Shown piece after piece: positions 20,034-29,264 of a stretch of 64,000 nt of DNA. The position numbers and the translations under genes were made by a program. The notes below the pieces were generated by a model that did not search any database, was not told where the DNA came from, and saw nothing but the letters and a program-made list of their open reading frames with translations. This stretch comes from Vicinamibacteria bacterium (lineage in GTDB: Bacteria; Acidobacteriota; Vicinamibacteria; Vicinamibacterales; UBA8438). The stretch spans positions 5,030 to 69,029 of the forward strand of contig JAJEEU010000034.1 of the NCBI GenBank assembly GCA_022820825.1, in the 5' to 3' direction. How positions within the stretch are numbered: the first letter of the stretch is position 1; each line of letters begins with the position of its first letter.

Positions 20034-20972
20034 TCAGGGCGCTTCGGCCCGTTCCACCGCGCGGGCGCCGCTGAGCGAGTTCGGCAGGCCGTAATTGCCC
20101 TCGTGGCACGCATACTCGAAGAGGTCGTAGTCCGGGGAGCGGTTGAGCGGCATCGACGCCGTCCAGGGTTGCTCGAACGCGTTCGGATCGCCCACCGTCA
20201 CGTCGTAGCGGATGGTGTCCCGATCGACCCGCGTGAAACGCTCCACGACGCGTAGTGCCTCGCTCTGCGGGATCCCCCGCAGGCGCAGCGTCGTCAGGTT
20301 CGTGCCTACCGTGCCCTTGTCGTTGTAGTTGGCCGTTTCGACGACGAGGGTAGCGCCCTCCCAGCGCCCGCGCGAGCTGCCTTCCCACTGCCGGATGCGT
20401 GCCGGGAGCGCGGCCCGATTGTCACCCAGCGGGATGATGCGCGCCGCGTGAATCATCTCGGACAGGATCACCACGTAGCCGGGGACCTGCAGGATCAGGT
20501 GGCCGGCGTTGTAGGTCGGGAACATGGCGCCCGGCACGCCGCGCGTGATGCAGCGCTCCCACGGAGTGTGGAACAGCCACGAATCGGTCAGGCGCTCGAG
20601 CCGGTCGTCGCGCACCGCGGCCGCCGCCGGCAGAATCGGCAGCCGCCCGTCCGGGGGATCCACGACCATGGAGCGCCGCACGGCGCTCGGCGCGGCCGCC
20701 ACCTCGCCGCTGAAGTCCGGCGATGGATTCGGTCCCGTGATGCCTCCACCGGAACGGTTGATGCCCGGAAACCAGAGAGCCAGGGCATCGAGATCCCGCC
20801 ACGCTTCAACGCTCGCTGCCTCGAGCGGCGTGCGGTCGAAGTTGGTCCAGACTCCCTGGATGTCCGGCTGGCCATCGGGCGTGCGGGCCGGTGACGGCTG
20901 CTGCGCACCGGCCGCCAACGCCGTTGCGAGGATCGCGGTCGCGATGGCCGGCGCCGCGAGGTAACGCCTCAC
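20034..20972 (-). CDS. secreted 'YACHEGN' family protein, paralog 3 of 7
   Basis: GTG start at 20972 (VRRYLAAPAIATAILATALAAGA); an alternative ATG is at 21011. Motifs: PDGQPDIQGVW, SMVVDPPDGRLP, ERCI, EMIHAARIIPL, SRGRWEGATLVVET, FEYACHEGNYG. Confidence 0.8.
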   Translation of the reverse strand: MRRYLAAPAIATAILATALAAGAQQPSPARTPDGQPDIQGVWTNFDRTPLEAASVEAWRDLDALALWFPGINRSGGGITGPNPSPDFSGEVAAAPSAVRRSMVVDPPDGRLPILPAAAAVRDDRLERLTDSWLFHTPWERCITRGVPGAMFPTYNAGHLILQVPGYVVILSEMIHAARIIPLGDNRAALPARIRQWEGSSRGRWEGATLVVETANYNDKGTVGTNLTTLRLRGIPQSEALRVVERFTRVDRDTIRYDVTVGDPNAFEQPWTASMPLNRSPDYDLFEYACHEGNYGLPNSLSGARAVERAEAP

Positions 20973-21000
20973 ACGGCCGCCCGCCGCGGCGGGGCCGCTG

Positions 21001-21900
21001 TCACGGACCACCGGAGACCGCCCCCGTCACGACGAAGGTGACGTCGCCCGTCGTCGCGAGCCCGCCGTCGTGGGCCTGTGCACGCAGCACGTAGGTTCCC
21101 GGCGCGCTGAAGGTCGCGCGCGCCTTCCAATTGTTCCCGGGTGGGGGATCGGGCGTGACCCAGCCGGGACCCCAGGGGGAGTTGGAGTCCTCCCGCGTGT
21201 CTTCCCACACCTTGACCTGCGGCGGATCGAAGGCGACCGCGCCGGCGCCGCGGTAGACGAACCACGAGAACCGCAGACCCGTCGCGGCGACGGGCGCCCC
21301 TGCGCCCGTCGGACGGCGGTGGCGCGCCTTGGGCGCCGGCATGCCGTCGGGATCACGCACGACGGCCGACAACGCTACCGCGTCTCCGACCGTCGCGTGC
21401 CGGGTCGGGGCGCCGTCCACGCTGAGCGTCGGCGCGACGTTCTTGTGGAGCTGGCCGATGATGCCGGCCCCGTTGTTGGCGATGATCACGCTGTTGTCGA
21501 CGAAGTAGTCGGGCTTCAGGGTGGCGTAGGCGCGCTTCGTTTCCCCATTGGGGCTGGTGAGCGTCCAGACGACCTCCTGCGCGCCGAAGTCCGCCGCGAC
21601 GCGCACGCGGAACAGGAAGCGGTTGCGCCGCGGGAGAAACCAGGTCGGCTGTCCGCGGTCGGGTCCGCCCGGTTCGATGTGGTTGTCGGGTCCGACCGGA
21701 ATATGCAGCTCCTGCTTCCAGTTGCGGTTCATCGTGCCGAATACGAGGTTGAACGAACCGTCCGCGTTCCGCTCCCATCCTTCGTATACCGGCACCACCT
21801 CCTGGCCGCTGTCGTAGGAGCGCTGGCTGCGCTGGGCGCCGGGCTCCGCGGCCCAGCCGGCAGTCAGGATCAGCGCCAGCAGCCAGCCGGCGCGCTTCAC
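21001..21900 (-). CDS. exported hypothetical protein with a C-terminal Ig/PKD-like region
   Basis: GTG start at 21900 overlaps the upstream TGA (GTGA), giving VKRAGWLLALILTAGWAA. The C-terminus LSAVVRDPDG...TFSAPGTYVLRAQAHDGGLATTGDVTFVV looks PKD/Ig-like. No named family recognised. Confidence 0.6.
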   Translation of the reverse strand: MKRAGWLLALILTAGWAAEPGAQRSQRSYDSGQEVVPVYEGWERNADGSFNLVFGTMNRNWKQELHIPVGPDNHIEPGGPDRGQPTWFLPRRNRFLFRVRVAADFGAQEVVWTLTSPNGETKRAYATLKPDYFVDNSVIIANNGAGIIGQLHKNVAPTLSVDGAPTRHATVGDAVALSAVVRDPDGMPAPKARHRRPTGAGAPVAATGLRFSWFVYRGAGAVAFDPPQVKVWEDTREDSNSPWGPGWVTPDPPPGNNWKARATFSAPGTYVLRAQAHDGGLATTGDVTFVVTGAVSGGP

Positions 21901-23303
21901 TGCTGGGCTCCCAGCACGTCCAGCGGCCGCTCCGAGCCGCACAGCGGACACCCGACGACGATGTCGCCCGGCTGGATGCCGTGCGCTTCGCGCCGCCTGG
22001 ACATTTCCTCCGCGAACTCCTCGTCCGTGAGGTAGGCCCCGCGCATCAGGTTGATGAACATCTGATCAACGGACCGCTGGCCCCCGCCCGTCCAGTTGCG
22101 CGGATCGGGCACGTTCGGATTCGAGGGCGAGTTGTTGAAGTAGCCGGTCATGCGCAGCGTCGTGCCCCTGGGCAACAGCGGTGCGACGTCGTCGGCGTAC
22201 GTGTACACGCGCACCCAACTGTGGTCGTAGCCGGCGCAGTTGAGCGTCTGCACGGTATGCCGCCAGATCGCGTCCAGACACATCCGCACGCCGACCGCGT
22301 GCATGTGAGGCTCGAATATGCTGACCTTCATGTTCTGCGGCAGCGTGAAGAACGCGACCGCCGTCTGGTCGGGCTCCATCGCCTCGATGTCGAGGTCCAC
22401 GCCGTTGCCGAAGAAGACCGACTCGGTCTGCCGCGTCGGCTGGTAGCCGACCGGGTGGAACTTGAGGCCGACGTCGAGGCGCGCCCGCGTATGCGCGCCG
22501 TTGGCATGGAGGTGCATGGAGAGCCAGGTGAGGCGCGACCCGGCCCTGGCGAGCTTGCCTGCCTCGGGCGCGAAGAAGTCGGCGTTCCTGCCGACCTCGT
22601 GCACCGGCCAGGTGCCCCGGCCGGCCGCGGGGTCGGTTTCGTCGGCGTCGATGATCGTGATGGTCCCGTGGTGGAAGACGAACAGCCCGCCGACGGTGCC
22701 GCGGCCGGGACCCTCGCGTGACTCCGTGACCTCCCTGAACTCGATCGCCGAGACGTAGCGGTCCTCCGTCAGGCCGAGCGGGGTCTCGCCAATCGTGCCC
22801 CACCAGTCGGCGGCATCGGCCGCCACCTCGACCGTGGGCGACGACACGACGAGGTCGGGCTCGCCAATCTCCCATTCGCCCGCAGCGCGAAACTCGAGCG
22901 GCGGCGGCAGGTCGGCCGGATCGCCTTCCGGCGCGCCGCTGTCGACCCAGGCGGCGATCAGCGAGACCTCTTCATCCGAAAGCGACGGGTCGTCCTTGAA
23001 CTCCTGGATGCCGATGTCCTTCTCTATGAACCAGGGGGGCATGGTGCCCGGCTTGTCCCGCAGCGCCGTGCGGTTCCTGATCGACCGCGCCCACGGGCGC
23101 GCCTCGTCGTAGGTGAGCAGCGACATCGGGGCGATGGAGTCGGGGCGGTGGCAGGTCTGGCAACTGCGCTGCAGTATGGGCGCGATGTCCCTGCTGAAGG
23201 TAACCTCACCAGGAGCATCCCCGGATGCGCCGGGCTGGGCATGCGCTGCCGCCGGAGCCAGCAGACAGGCAACCAGCAGGCCGATATGGCAGGCGAGCTT
23301 CAT
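21897..23303 (-). CDS. cytochrome c domain protein fused to a putative copper type II monooxygenase (PHM/DBH)-like domain
   Basis: RBS GAAGGAG precedes the signal peptide MKLACHIGLLVACLLAPAAAHA. FSRDIAPILQRSCQTCHRPDSIAPMSLLTYDEARPW is a Planctomycete-type cytochrome c module. His/Met pattern: FVFHHG, then MHLHANG about 53 aa later, then EPHMHAVG about 69 aa later, then LRMTGY about 50 aa later. This resembles the PHM CuH (HH..H) and CuM (HxH..M) sites. Confidence 0.5.
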   Translation of the reverse strand: MKLACHIGLLVACLLAPAAAHAQPGASGDAPGEVTFSRDIAPILQRSCQTCHRPDSIAPMSLLTYDEARPWARSIRNRTALRDKPGTMPPWFIEKDIGIQEFKDDPSLSDEEVSLIAAWVDSGAPEGDPADLPPPLEFRAAGEWEIGEPDLVVSSPTVEVAADAADWWGTIGETPLGLTEDRYVSAIEFREVTESREGPGRGTVGGLFVFHHGTITIIDADETDPAAGRGTWPVHEVGRNADFFAPEAGKLARAGSRLTWLSMHLHANGAHTRARLDVGLKFHPVGYQPTRQTESVFFGNGVDLDIEAMEPDQTAVAFFTLPQNMKVSIFEPHMHAVGVRMCLDAIWRHTVQTLNCAGYDHSWVRVYTYADDVAPLLPRGTTLRMTGYFNNSPSNPNVPDPRNWTGGGQRSVDQMFINLMRGAYLTDEEFAEEMSRRREAHGIQPGDIVVGCPLCGSERPLDVLGAQQ

Positions 23304-23393
23304 CGGACCGACTCCTTCGGGATTGGCCGGCAGCACGATCCGTGAGCCGGCGTTGCGCCGTTCCCGCCGCCGCGCGCCGGAGCGAGCGCGGCC

Positions 23394-24383
23394 TCAGTGG
23401 CTCGCCGCGGCCTCCTCGGCGCGCGCGCCTTCGAGGATGTTCATCAGACCGTAGTTACCTTCGTGACAGGCGTACTCGAAGACGGCGTTGTCCGTGCTGC
23501 GCAGCGGAATCGACACCGAGAACGTGCTGGAGTACACCTCCGCGTCGTCGTAGGTGTACTCGTAGAGCAGGTACTCGTCGTTGAGGCGCGAGAGACGCTC
23601 GGTAAGCAGCATCTTGTCACTGGGCCCGGGGGAGCGCCCGCCGATGGTCATGCCGCGATCGGCCCTGAAGTTCTCCGTCTCGATCACCAGCGTGTCGCCC
23701 TCCCAGCGGCCGCGGCCGTCGCCGAGCCACTGCGGAATGCTGCGCGACAGGTGGTTGCGGCCGTCCAGCGGCACTATGCGCGCCTCGTGCACCATCTCGG
23801 TGAGGATCACCACGTAGTCCTCGGTCTGGAACACCTGCATGTAGTTGTTGTAGGCGCTCGGCATGAGCGGCGGACCCGAGTTGAATCCGAGCAGGCACCG
23901 TTCGCCCAGCCCGCGGTCTTCCGGACCGTCGACGCCGATCCCGCCGAAGTGCATCCGCGCCGGACGTCCGCCCGCGGCGCGCTCCGCCTCGAACCTGCGC
24001 TCCTGCTGCTCCGTGAAGGCGGGCACCCGCCCGTCGGGGGGATCCACGACGAGGGACGACTGCTGGGTGGGCAGGACGCCCGATCCGTTGTCGAACCAGA
24101 AGTTGTTGTAGTTGGGCGGCGTCAGGTTCTCGGTGTTCAGCCCCTCGGCGAACTGCGCCGCGTTGATCTGCTCCTGGACGGCGGCTTCCTCGGCCGTGAA
24201 CGTGGTTCGGCCGGCGAGCTCGGCGGGACGCTGGAACGGCGTCGCGGTGCCGAAGTCGTAGATGCCCTGGAGATCCGGCGCCCCCCAGGCCGTGCGCGGG
24301 ATCTCATCCGACGCCGATTGCGCGCCGGCGGCCAGCGGCAGCAGAACGATCAGGCAGACGGGGAGAGCGAGCTTGAACGACAT
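23394..24383 (-). CDS. secreted 'YACHEGN' family protein, paralog 4 of 7
   Basis: Signal peptide MSFKLALPVCLIVLLPLAAGA. Motifs: PRTAWGAPDLQGIY, SLVVDPPDGRVP, ERCL, EMVHEARIVPLDGRN, GRGRWEGDTLVIET, FEYACHEGNYG. Confidence 0.85.
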   Translation of the reverse strand: MSFKLALPVCLIVLLPLAAGAQSASDEIPRTAWGAPDLQGIYDFGTATPFQRPAELAGRTTFTAEEAAVQEQINAAQFAEGLNTENLTPPNYNNFWFDNGSGVLPTQQSSLVVDPPDGRVPAFTEQQERRFEAERAAGGRPARMHFGGIGVDGPEDRGLGERCLLGFNSGPPLMPSAYNNYMQVFQTEDYVVILTEMVHEARIVPLDGRNHLSRSIPQWLGDGRGRWEGDTLVIETENFRADRGMTIGGRSPGPSDKMLLTERLSRLNDEYLLYEYTYDDAEVYSSTFSVSIPLRSTDNAVFEYACHEGNYGLMNILEGARAEEAAASH

Positions 24384-24395
24384 GGTTTTCTCCTC

Positions 24396-25316
24396 TCAAT
24401 CAAGACCCAGCAACCGCGCCGGGTTGGTGCGGGCCAGCAGGTCTATCTCTTCCCCGGAGACGCCCGCGTCCTGCAGCGCCGCGATGAACGCGCGCAACCC
24501 TTCGACGTGGGTCGGATTGCCCCGCTGGCCGAAATCGGACGTTATGAGGTAGTGCTCGGCGCCGACCTCCCGGATGGCGTCCACGTAGAGCTGGACGTCG
24601 TAGCTGCCGCGGTGCACGGCGAACCAGTCGAGCTCCATGACCGCGCCCTCCGCGGCCAACTGGTGCATCTGCTCGATCGTGGCGTGCTGGTGGAACGGGT
24701 GCGTGACCAGGACGTGGCGGACGCCGCGCGCCTTCGCAGCCGGGAGCATGGCCAGCACCTCGTCCGGCAACACGTGGCCGGTGGCCAGCACGAGGTCGTG
24801 CTCGCCGATCAGCGAGAACACCTCGAGCAGCGGCGCGACCGGCTCGCCGTCCTCCAGCACGCGCACGACCGGGTCGTCGGGGGTCGGCTGCGCCATGCCG
24901 CCGTCCGGGCCGACGCGGTACTCGTTGTGCTCGGCATCGAACGTCGGCAGCCAGACCACCTTGCCCCGTCCGCCCTCGAAGGCCACCATCTGCCGCACCA
25001 TCTCGGGGTTGATGCCCCCGACCGAGCGGTTCAGCACGACCCCGCCGAAGATCTCCAGCCCGTCCACCTGCGCCATGGCCAGCTCGGCGCGGTCGCCGGT
25101 CATGGTGAAGTGGTTCTTGAGCACCATTCCGCGCAACCCGGCCTCCCTGAACTGCTGCGCCGCCTCGATGTCGTCCATCGAGCGCGGACGGGAGTCGGGC
25201 CCCGCGTGCGTATGGAAGTCGATGACGCCCGCCAGGGAGACGTCTTCGTCCTGGGCCGCGGCCGGCGGGACCAGGATTAACAGGGCGAGTCCGGCGCAGA
25301 ACATGTGTCGCAGCAT
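24396..25316 (-). CDS. exported metal-dependent amidohydrolase-fold (TIM-barrel) protein
   Basis: Start re-called to MLRHMFCAGLALLILVPPAAAQ. The IDFHTHAGPD metal-binding start motif, VLATGHV and ITSDFG match an amidohydrolase-type His/Asp pattern. The 1145-aa track ORF is an artefactual extension. Confidence 0.65.
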   Translation of the reverse strand: MLRHMFCAGLALLILVPPAAAQDEDVSLAGVIDFHTHAGPDSRPRSMDDIEAAQQFREAGLRGMVLKNHFTMTGDRAELAMAQVDGLEIFGGVVLNRSVGGINPEMVRQMVAFEGGRGKVVWLPTFDAEHNEYRVGPDGGMAQPTPDDPVVRVLEDGEPVAPLLEVFSLIGEHDLVLATGHVLPDEVLAMLPAAKARGVRHVLVTHPFHQHATIEQMHQLAAEGAVMELDWFAVHRGSYDVQLYVDAIREVGAEHYLITSDFGQRGNPTHVEGLRAFIAALQDAGVSGEEIDLLARTNPARLLGLD

Positions 25317-25448
25317 GCGGAACCACTTGTACATCAACGGGCGGAGGAAGTCACGCTGGAATTCGGCAAGTAGTAGTAGAATATGGAGCATCTTGGGGGC
25401 GGTGTACGTACGCACCGGGCAGCGTCCCCGGCCCTGAAAGAAGCCACT

Positions 25449-27908
25449 ATGCTTCGCAGCAGGATCGCGGCGGCCTGGGCGGCAGGGTTGGTCGTCGCGG
25501 CGACCGGCGCGTACGCGCAACCGGGCGCTGCCGCGGCGCAGGCGCCGAGCCCAACCGCTGACGCCGGCGGGGCGGCCCAGGTCCGGGCGGTCCTGGACCG
25601 CTACTGCCTGACCTGCCACAACGACCGTCTCAGGACGGCCGGACTCACGCTCGAGGCGCTGGACGTCGAGCACGCCGCCGAGCACGCCGAGGCCTGGGAG
25701 AAGGTGGTCCGCAAGCTGCGGACGCGGGCGATGCCGCCGGCCGGCCGGCCGCGGCCCGACCGGGCCACCTACAACGCCACGGCCGCGGTGCTCGAGACGG
25801 CGCTCGACCGCGCCGCCGCCGCCGATCCGAATCCGGGCCGGACCACCGCCCACCGCCTCAACCGCACGGAATACGCCAACGCCGTCCGGGATCTGCTGGG
25901 ACTGGAGGTCGACGGCCGCGCGCTGCTGCCGGCCGACGATGCCGACCTGGGCTTCGACAACATGGCGGACATCCTGTCGGTCTCGCCGGCGTTGCTGGAG
26001 CGCTACCTGTCCGCGGCGCGCAAGATCAGCCGCCAGGCCCTCGGTGATCCGAGCCTGGAGCCCGCCACCGACACGTACGTCGTGCCCACGATGCGCTTCC
26101 AGGACCATCGCATGAGCGAGGACCTGCCCTTCGGCTCGCGCGGCGGGGTCGCGTTCCGCCACCACTTCCCGCTGGACGCCGACTACGACATCCGCATCCA
26201 GTTGCGGCGCCAGCTCTACGGCTACGTCCGCGGGCTCCAGAAGGAGCAGCAGATCGAGGTCCGCCTGGACGGCCGGCGCGTCGCGCTGTTCACCGTCGGC
26301 GGCGCGCCGGGAACGGCGCCCCCGCAGACGTTCACGGGGACTGTTCTCGGCGACCGCCTGTGGGAGGAGTACACGCTGCACGCCGACGGCGACCTGCAGT
26401 TCCGCCTCTCCGTGCCGGCCGGCCCGCGCGTGATTGGCGTCGCGTTCATCCAGGCCCGTTCCGAGCGCGACGGGGTGCTGCAACCGCGCGCCACCGCCAA
26501 GACGCTCGCCATTGCCGAGCGGTGGAGCTCGCCCTCCGAGGCGCCCGAAGCGTCGGTCGAGCAGGTCACCATCGCCGGTCCGTTCGACGCCACCGGACCC
26601 GGCGACACGCCGACGCGGCGGCGGATCCTGCGCTGCCAGCCCGCAGGCGCGGCGGATGAAGAGCCATGCGCGAGAGAGATCCTCTCGACGCTCGCCCGGC
26701 GCGCGTTCCGGCGGCCGTTGACTACCGGCGACGCGGACGCGCTGATGGCGTTCTACGCGGCCGGGCGCCGCGACGGCAGCTTCGAGACCGGGATTCAGCG
26801 GGGTCTGGAGAGCATCCTCGTCGACCCCGAGTTCCTGTTCCGCATCGAGCGCGATCCGGACGAGCCGACGGCGTCCGCCGCCGTTCCGATCAGCGACCTG
26901 GAGCTGGCGTCCCGCCTGTCGTTCTTCCTGTGGAGCAGCATTCCCGACGACGAGCTGCTGGACGCGGCCGCCGCCGGGCGGCTGCGCGAACCGGAGGTAT
27001 TGGAGCGGCAGGTGCGGCGGATGCTGGCCGATGCGCGCGCGCAGGCGCTCGTCGACGGCTTCGCCATGCAGTGGCTGGGCCTGCGCCGCCTGCAGAGCGT
27101 CGTGCCCGCGCCGGACCTGTTCCCCGAGTTCGACGACAACCTGCGCGAGGCGTTCGAGCAGGAAACGCGGATCTTCGTCGGCAACCAGTTGCGCGAAGAC
27201 CGCAGCGTGCTGGACCTGCTGCGCGCGGACTATACGTACGTCAACGAGCGGCTCGCGCGGCATTACGGAATTCCGAACGTGTACGGCAGCCGGTTCCGGA
27301 AGGTCACCTTCGACGACGGCATCCGCGGAGGCCTGTTGGGGCACGGCGGCATTCTGACGGTCACGTCGTACCCCACGCGCACGTCGCCCGTGCTGCGCGG
27401 CAACTGGGTGCTGGAGCACATCCTCGGCGCGCCGCCGCCGCCGCCGCCGCCCGACGTGCCGGCGCTGCCGGATCAGGGCGAGGGCGGGCGGCTGGCCTCG
27501 GTGCGCGAGCGCCTGGAGCTGCACCGCGAGAGCCCCGTATGCGCGAGCTGCCACGCCCGCATGGACCCGCTGGGATTCGCGCTGGAGCACTTCGATCCCA
27601 TCGGCAAGTGGCGCGCGACCAGCGAAGCGGGCACCGCCATCGACGCGTCGGGCGTCTTTCCGGACGGGACCGAGTTCGACGGCCTGGCTGGCCTCAAGAC
27701 CGTCGTGCTGAACGAGCCCGAGCAGTTCGTGCAGACGGTCGCCGAGAAGCTCACGACGTACGCCCTCGGACGCGGCGTGCAGTACCACGACATGCCCGCC
27801 ATACGGCGTATCATGCGGGAGGCCGCCTCGCACGACTACACCTGGTCGTCGCTCGTGCTGGAGATCGCCCGGAGCACGCCGTTCCAGATGCGCAGGACAG
27901 AATCATGA
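25449..27908 (+). CDS. DUF1592/DUF1588/DUF1585-type di-haem cytochrome c domain protein (triad 3)
   Basis: Start re-called to MLRSRIAAAWAAGLVVAATGAYA. RYCLTCHNDRLRTAGLTLE and SPVCASCHARMDPLGFALEHFDPIGKWR carry the CxxCH motifs. The stop overlaps the next start (ATGA at 27905-27908). Confidence 0.85.
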   Translation: MLRSRIAAAWAAGLVVAATGAYAQPGAAAAQAPSPTADAGGAAQVRAVLDRYCLTCHNDRLRTAGLTLEALDVEHAAEHAEAWEKVVRKLRTRAMPPAGRPRPDRATYNATAAVLETALDRAAAADPNPGRTTAHRLNRTEYANAVRDLLGLEVDGRALLPADDADLGFDNMADILSVSPALLERYLSAARKISRQALGDPSLEPATDTYVVPTMRFQDHRMSEDLPFGSRGGVAFRHHFPLDADYDIRIQLRRQLYGYVRGLQKEQQIEVRLDGRRVALFTVGGAPGTAPPQTFTGTVLGDRLWEEYTLHADGDLQFRLSVPAGPRVIGVAFIQARSERDGVLQPRATAKTLAIAERWSSPSEAPEASVEQVTIAGPFDATGPGDTPTRRRILRCQPAGAADEEPCAREILSTLARRAFRRPLTTGDADALMAFYAAGRRDGSFETGIQRGLESILVDPEFLFRIERDPDEPTASAAVPISDLELASRLSFFLWSSIPDDELLDAAAAGRLREPEVLERQVRRMLADARAQALVDGFAMQWLGLRRLQSVVPAPDLFPEFDDNLREAFEQETRIFVGNQLREDRSVLDLLRADYTYVNERLARHYGIPNVYGSRFRKVTFDDGIRGGLLGHGGILTVTSYPTRTSPVLRGNWVLEHILGAPPPPPPPDVPALPDQGEGGRLASVRERLELHRESPVCASCHARMDPLGFALEHFDPIGKWRATSEAGTAIDASGVFPDGTEFDGLAGLKTVVLNEPEQFVQTVAEKLTTYALGRGVQYHDMPAIRRIMREAASHDYTWSSLVLEIARSTPFQMRRTES

Positions 27909-29239
27909 TCATTACCAGGAAGGCCATCTCGCGCCGCACGGTGCTGCGTGGACTCGGCACGACGCTCGCGCTGCCCCTGCTGGACAGCATGGCGCCTGCG
28001 CTGACCGCCGCCGGCAAGACTGCCGCCGGCACGACGCACCGCCTCGGCATCGTCTACGTGCCGAACGGGATCGTGATGGAGCAGTGGACGCCGGCGACCG
28101 AGGGCGCCGGGTTCGAGCTCACGCCGACCCTCAAGCCGCTCGAGCGGTTCCGGGAGCGCATGACCGTGGTGACGGGCCTCAGCAACAGGGGTCCCGACTT
28201 TGCCCACGAGACCGGCTCCACGAGCTTTCTGACCGGTGTATCCCCCAAGCGCACGCAGGGCGCCGACCTGCAGGCCAGCGTGTCGATGGACCAGCAGGTG
28301 GCCAAGGCGCTGGGACAGCACACGCAGCTCGCGTCGCTGGAGCTCGCGCTGGAGTCCGGCGACGAAGTCGGCACGTGCGGGGCGGGCTACACGTGCGCCT
28401 ACACGAACACCATCAGTTGGCGCAGCGCGACAACGCCGCTGCCGATGGAAATCAACCCGCGCGCGGTCTTCGAACGGCTGCTGGGCGACGTCCGCAGCAC
28501 CGATCCGGCCGCGCGGCTCGCCCGCATCGAGCAGGACCGCAGCCTGCTCGACGCCGTGACCGACAAGATCGCGCGGCTGCGGCGCGATCTCGGAGCGCGC
28601 GACCGCAACAAGCTCGGCGAGTACCTGGACGCCGTGCGGGACATCGAGCGGCGCATCCAGATGGCCGAGGCGCAGGTCGACCAGCCGCTCCCGGAGATGG
28701 CGCCGCCGGTGGGCATCCCGGCCACCTTCGACGAGCACGCGAAGCTGATGTTCGACCTGCAGGTGCTGGCGTACCAGGCCGACCTGACGCGCGTCATCAC
28801 GTTCATGGTGAGCCGCGAGTTCAGCAGCCGGACCTATCCGGAGATCGGCGTGCCCGAGGCGCACCACCCGACCTCCCATCACCGCAACGATCCGGAGAAG
28901 ATCGCGAAGCTCGCCAGGGTCAACGCGTATCACACCACCCTGCTGGCGTACTACCTCGACCGGCTGCAGGCGACGTCCGACGGGGAGGGCTCGCTGCTCG
29001 ATCAGATGACGCTGCTGTACGGCTGCGGGCTGAGCGACGGCCAGCGGCATTCCTCGGATAATCTGCCCGTCCTGGTGGTAGGCGGTGCGGGCGGCCGGCT
29101 CGGCGGCGGGCGCCACCTGCGGTACCCCGGAACGACTCCCATGTCGAACCTGCACCTGACCCTGATGGACTCGGTCGGCGTGCCCGTCGACAACTTCGGC
29201 AACAGCACCGGACCGCTCGACGCGGCGTTGAGCCTCTGA
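27905..29239 (+). CDS. DUF1552 (HxxSHH) family protein (triad 3)
   Basis: MIITRKAISRRTVLRGLGTTLALPLLDSM, with motif PEAHHPTSHHRND. In the track it is hidden inside a longer ORF (26666..29239). Confidence 0.85.
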   Translation: MIITRKAISRRTVLRGLGTTLALPLLDSMAPALTAAGKTAAGTTHRLGIVYVPNGIVMEQWTPATEGAGFELTPTLKPLERFRERMTVVTGLSNRGPDFAHETGSTSFLTGVSPKRTQGADLQASVSMDQQVAKALGQHTQLASLELALESGDEVGTCGAGYTCAYTNTISWRSATTPLPMEINPRAVFERLLGDVRSTDPAARLARIEQDRSLLDAVTDKIARLRRDLGARDRNKLGEYLDAVRDIERRIQMAEAQVDQPLPEMAPPVGIPATFDEHAKLMFDLQVLAYQADLTRVITFMVSREFSSRTYPEIGVPEAHHPTSHHRNDPEKIAKLARVNAYHTTLLAYYLDRLQATSDGEGSLLDQMTLLYGCGLSDGQRHSSDNLPVLVVGGAGGRLGGGRHLRYPGTTPMSNLHLTLMDSVGVPVDNFGNSTGPLDAALSL

Positions 29240-29264
29240 GCGGCGCGGCAGCACGGAGACCCGA

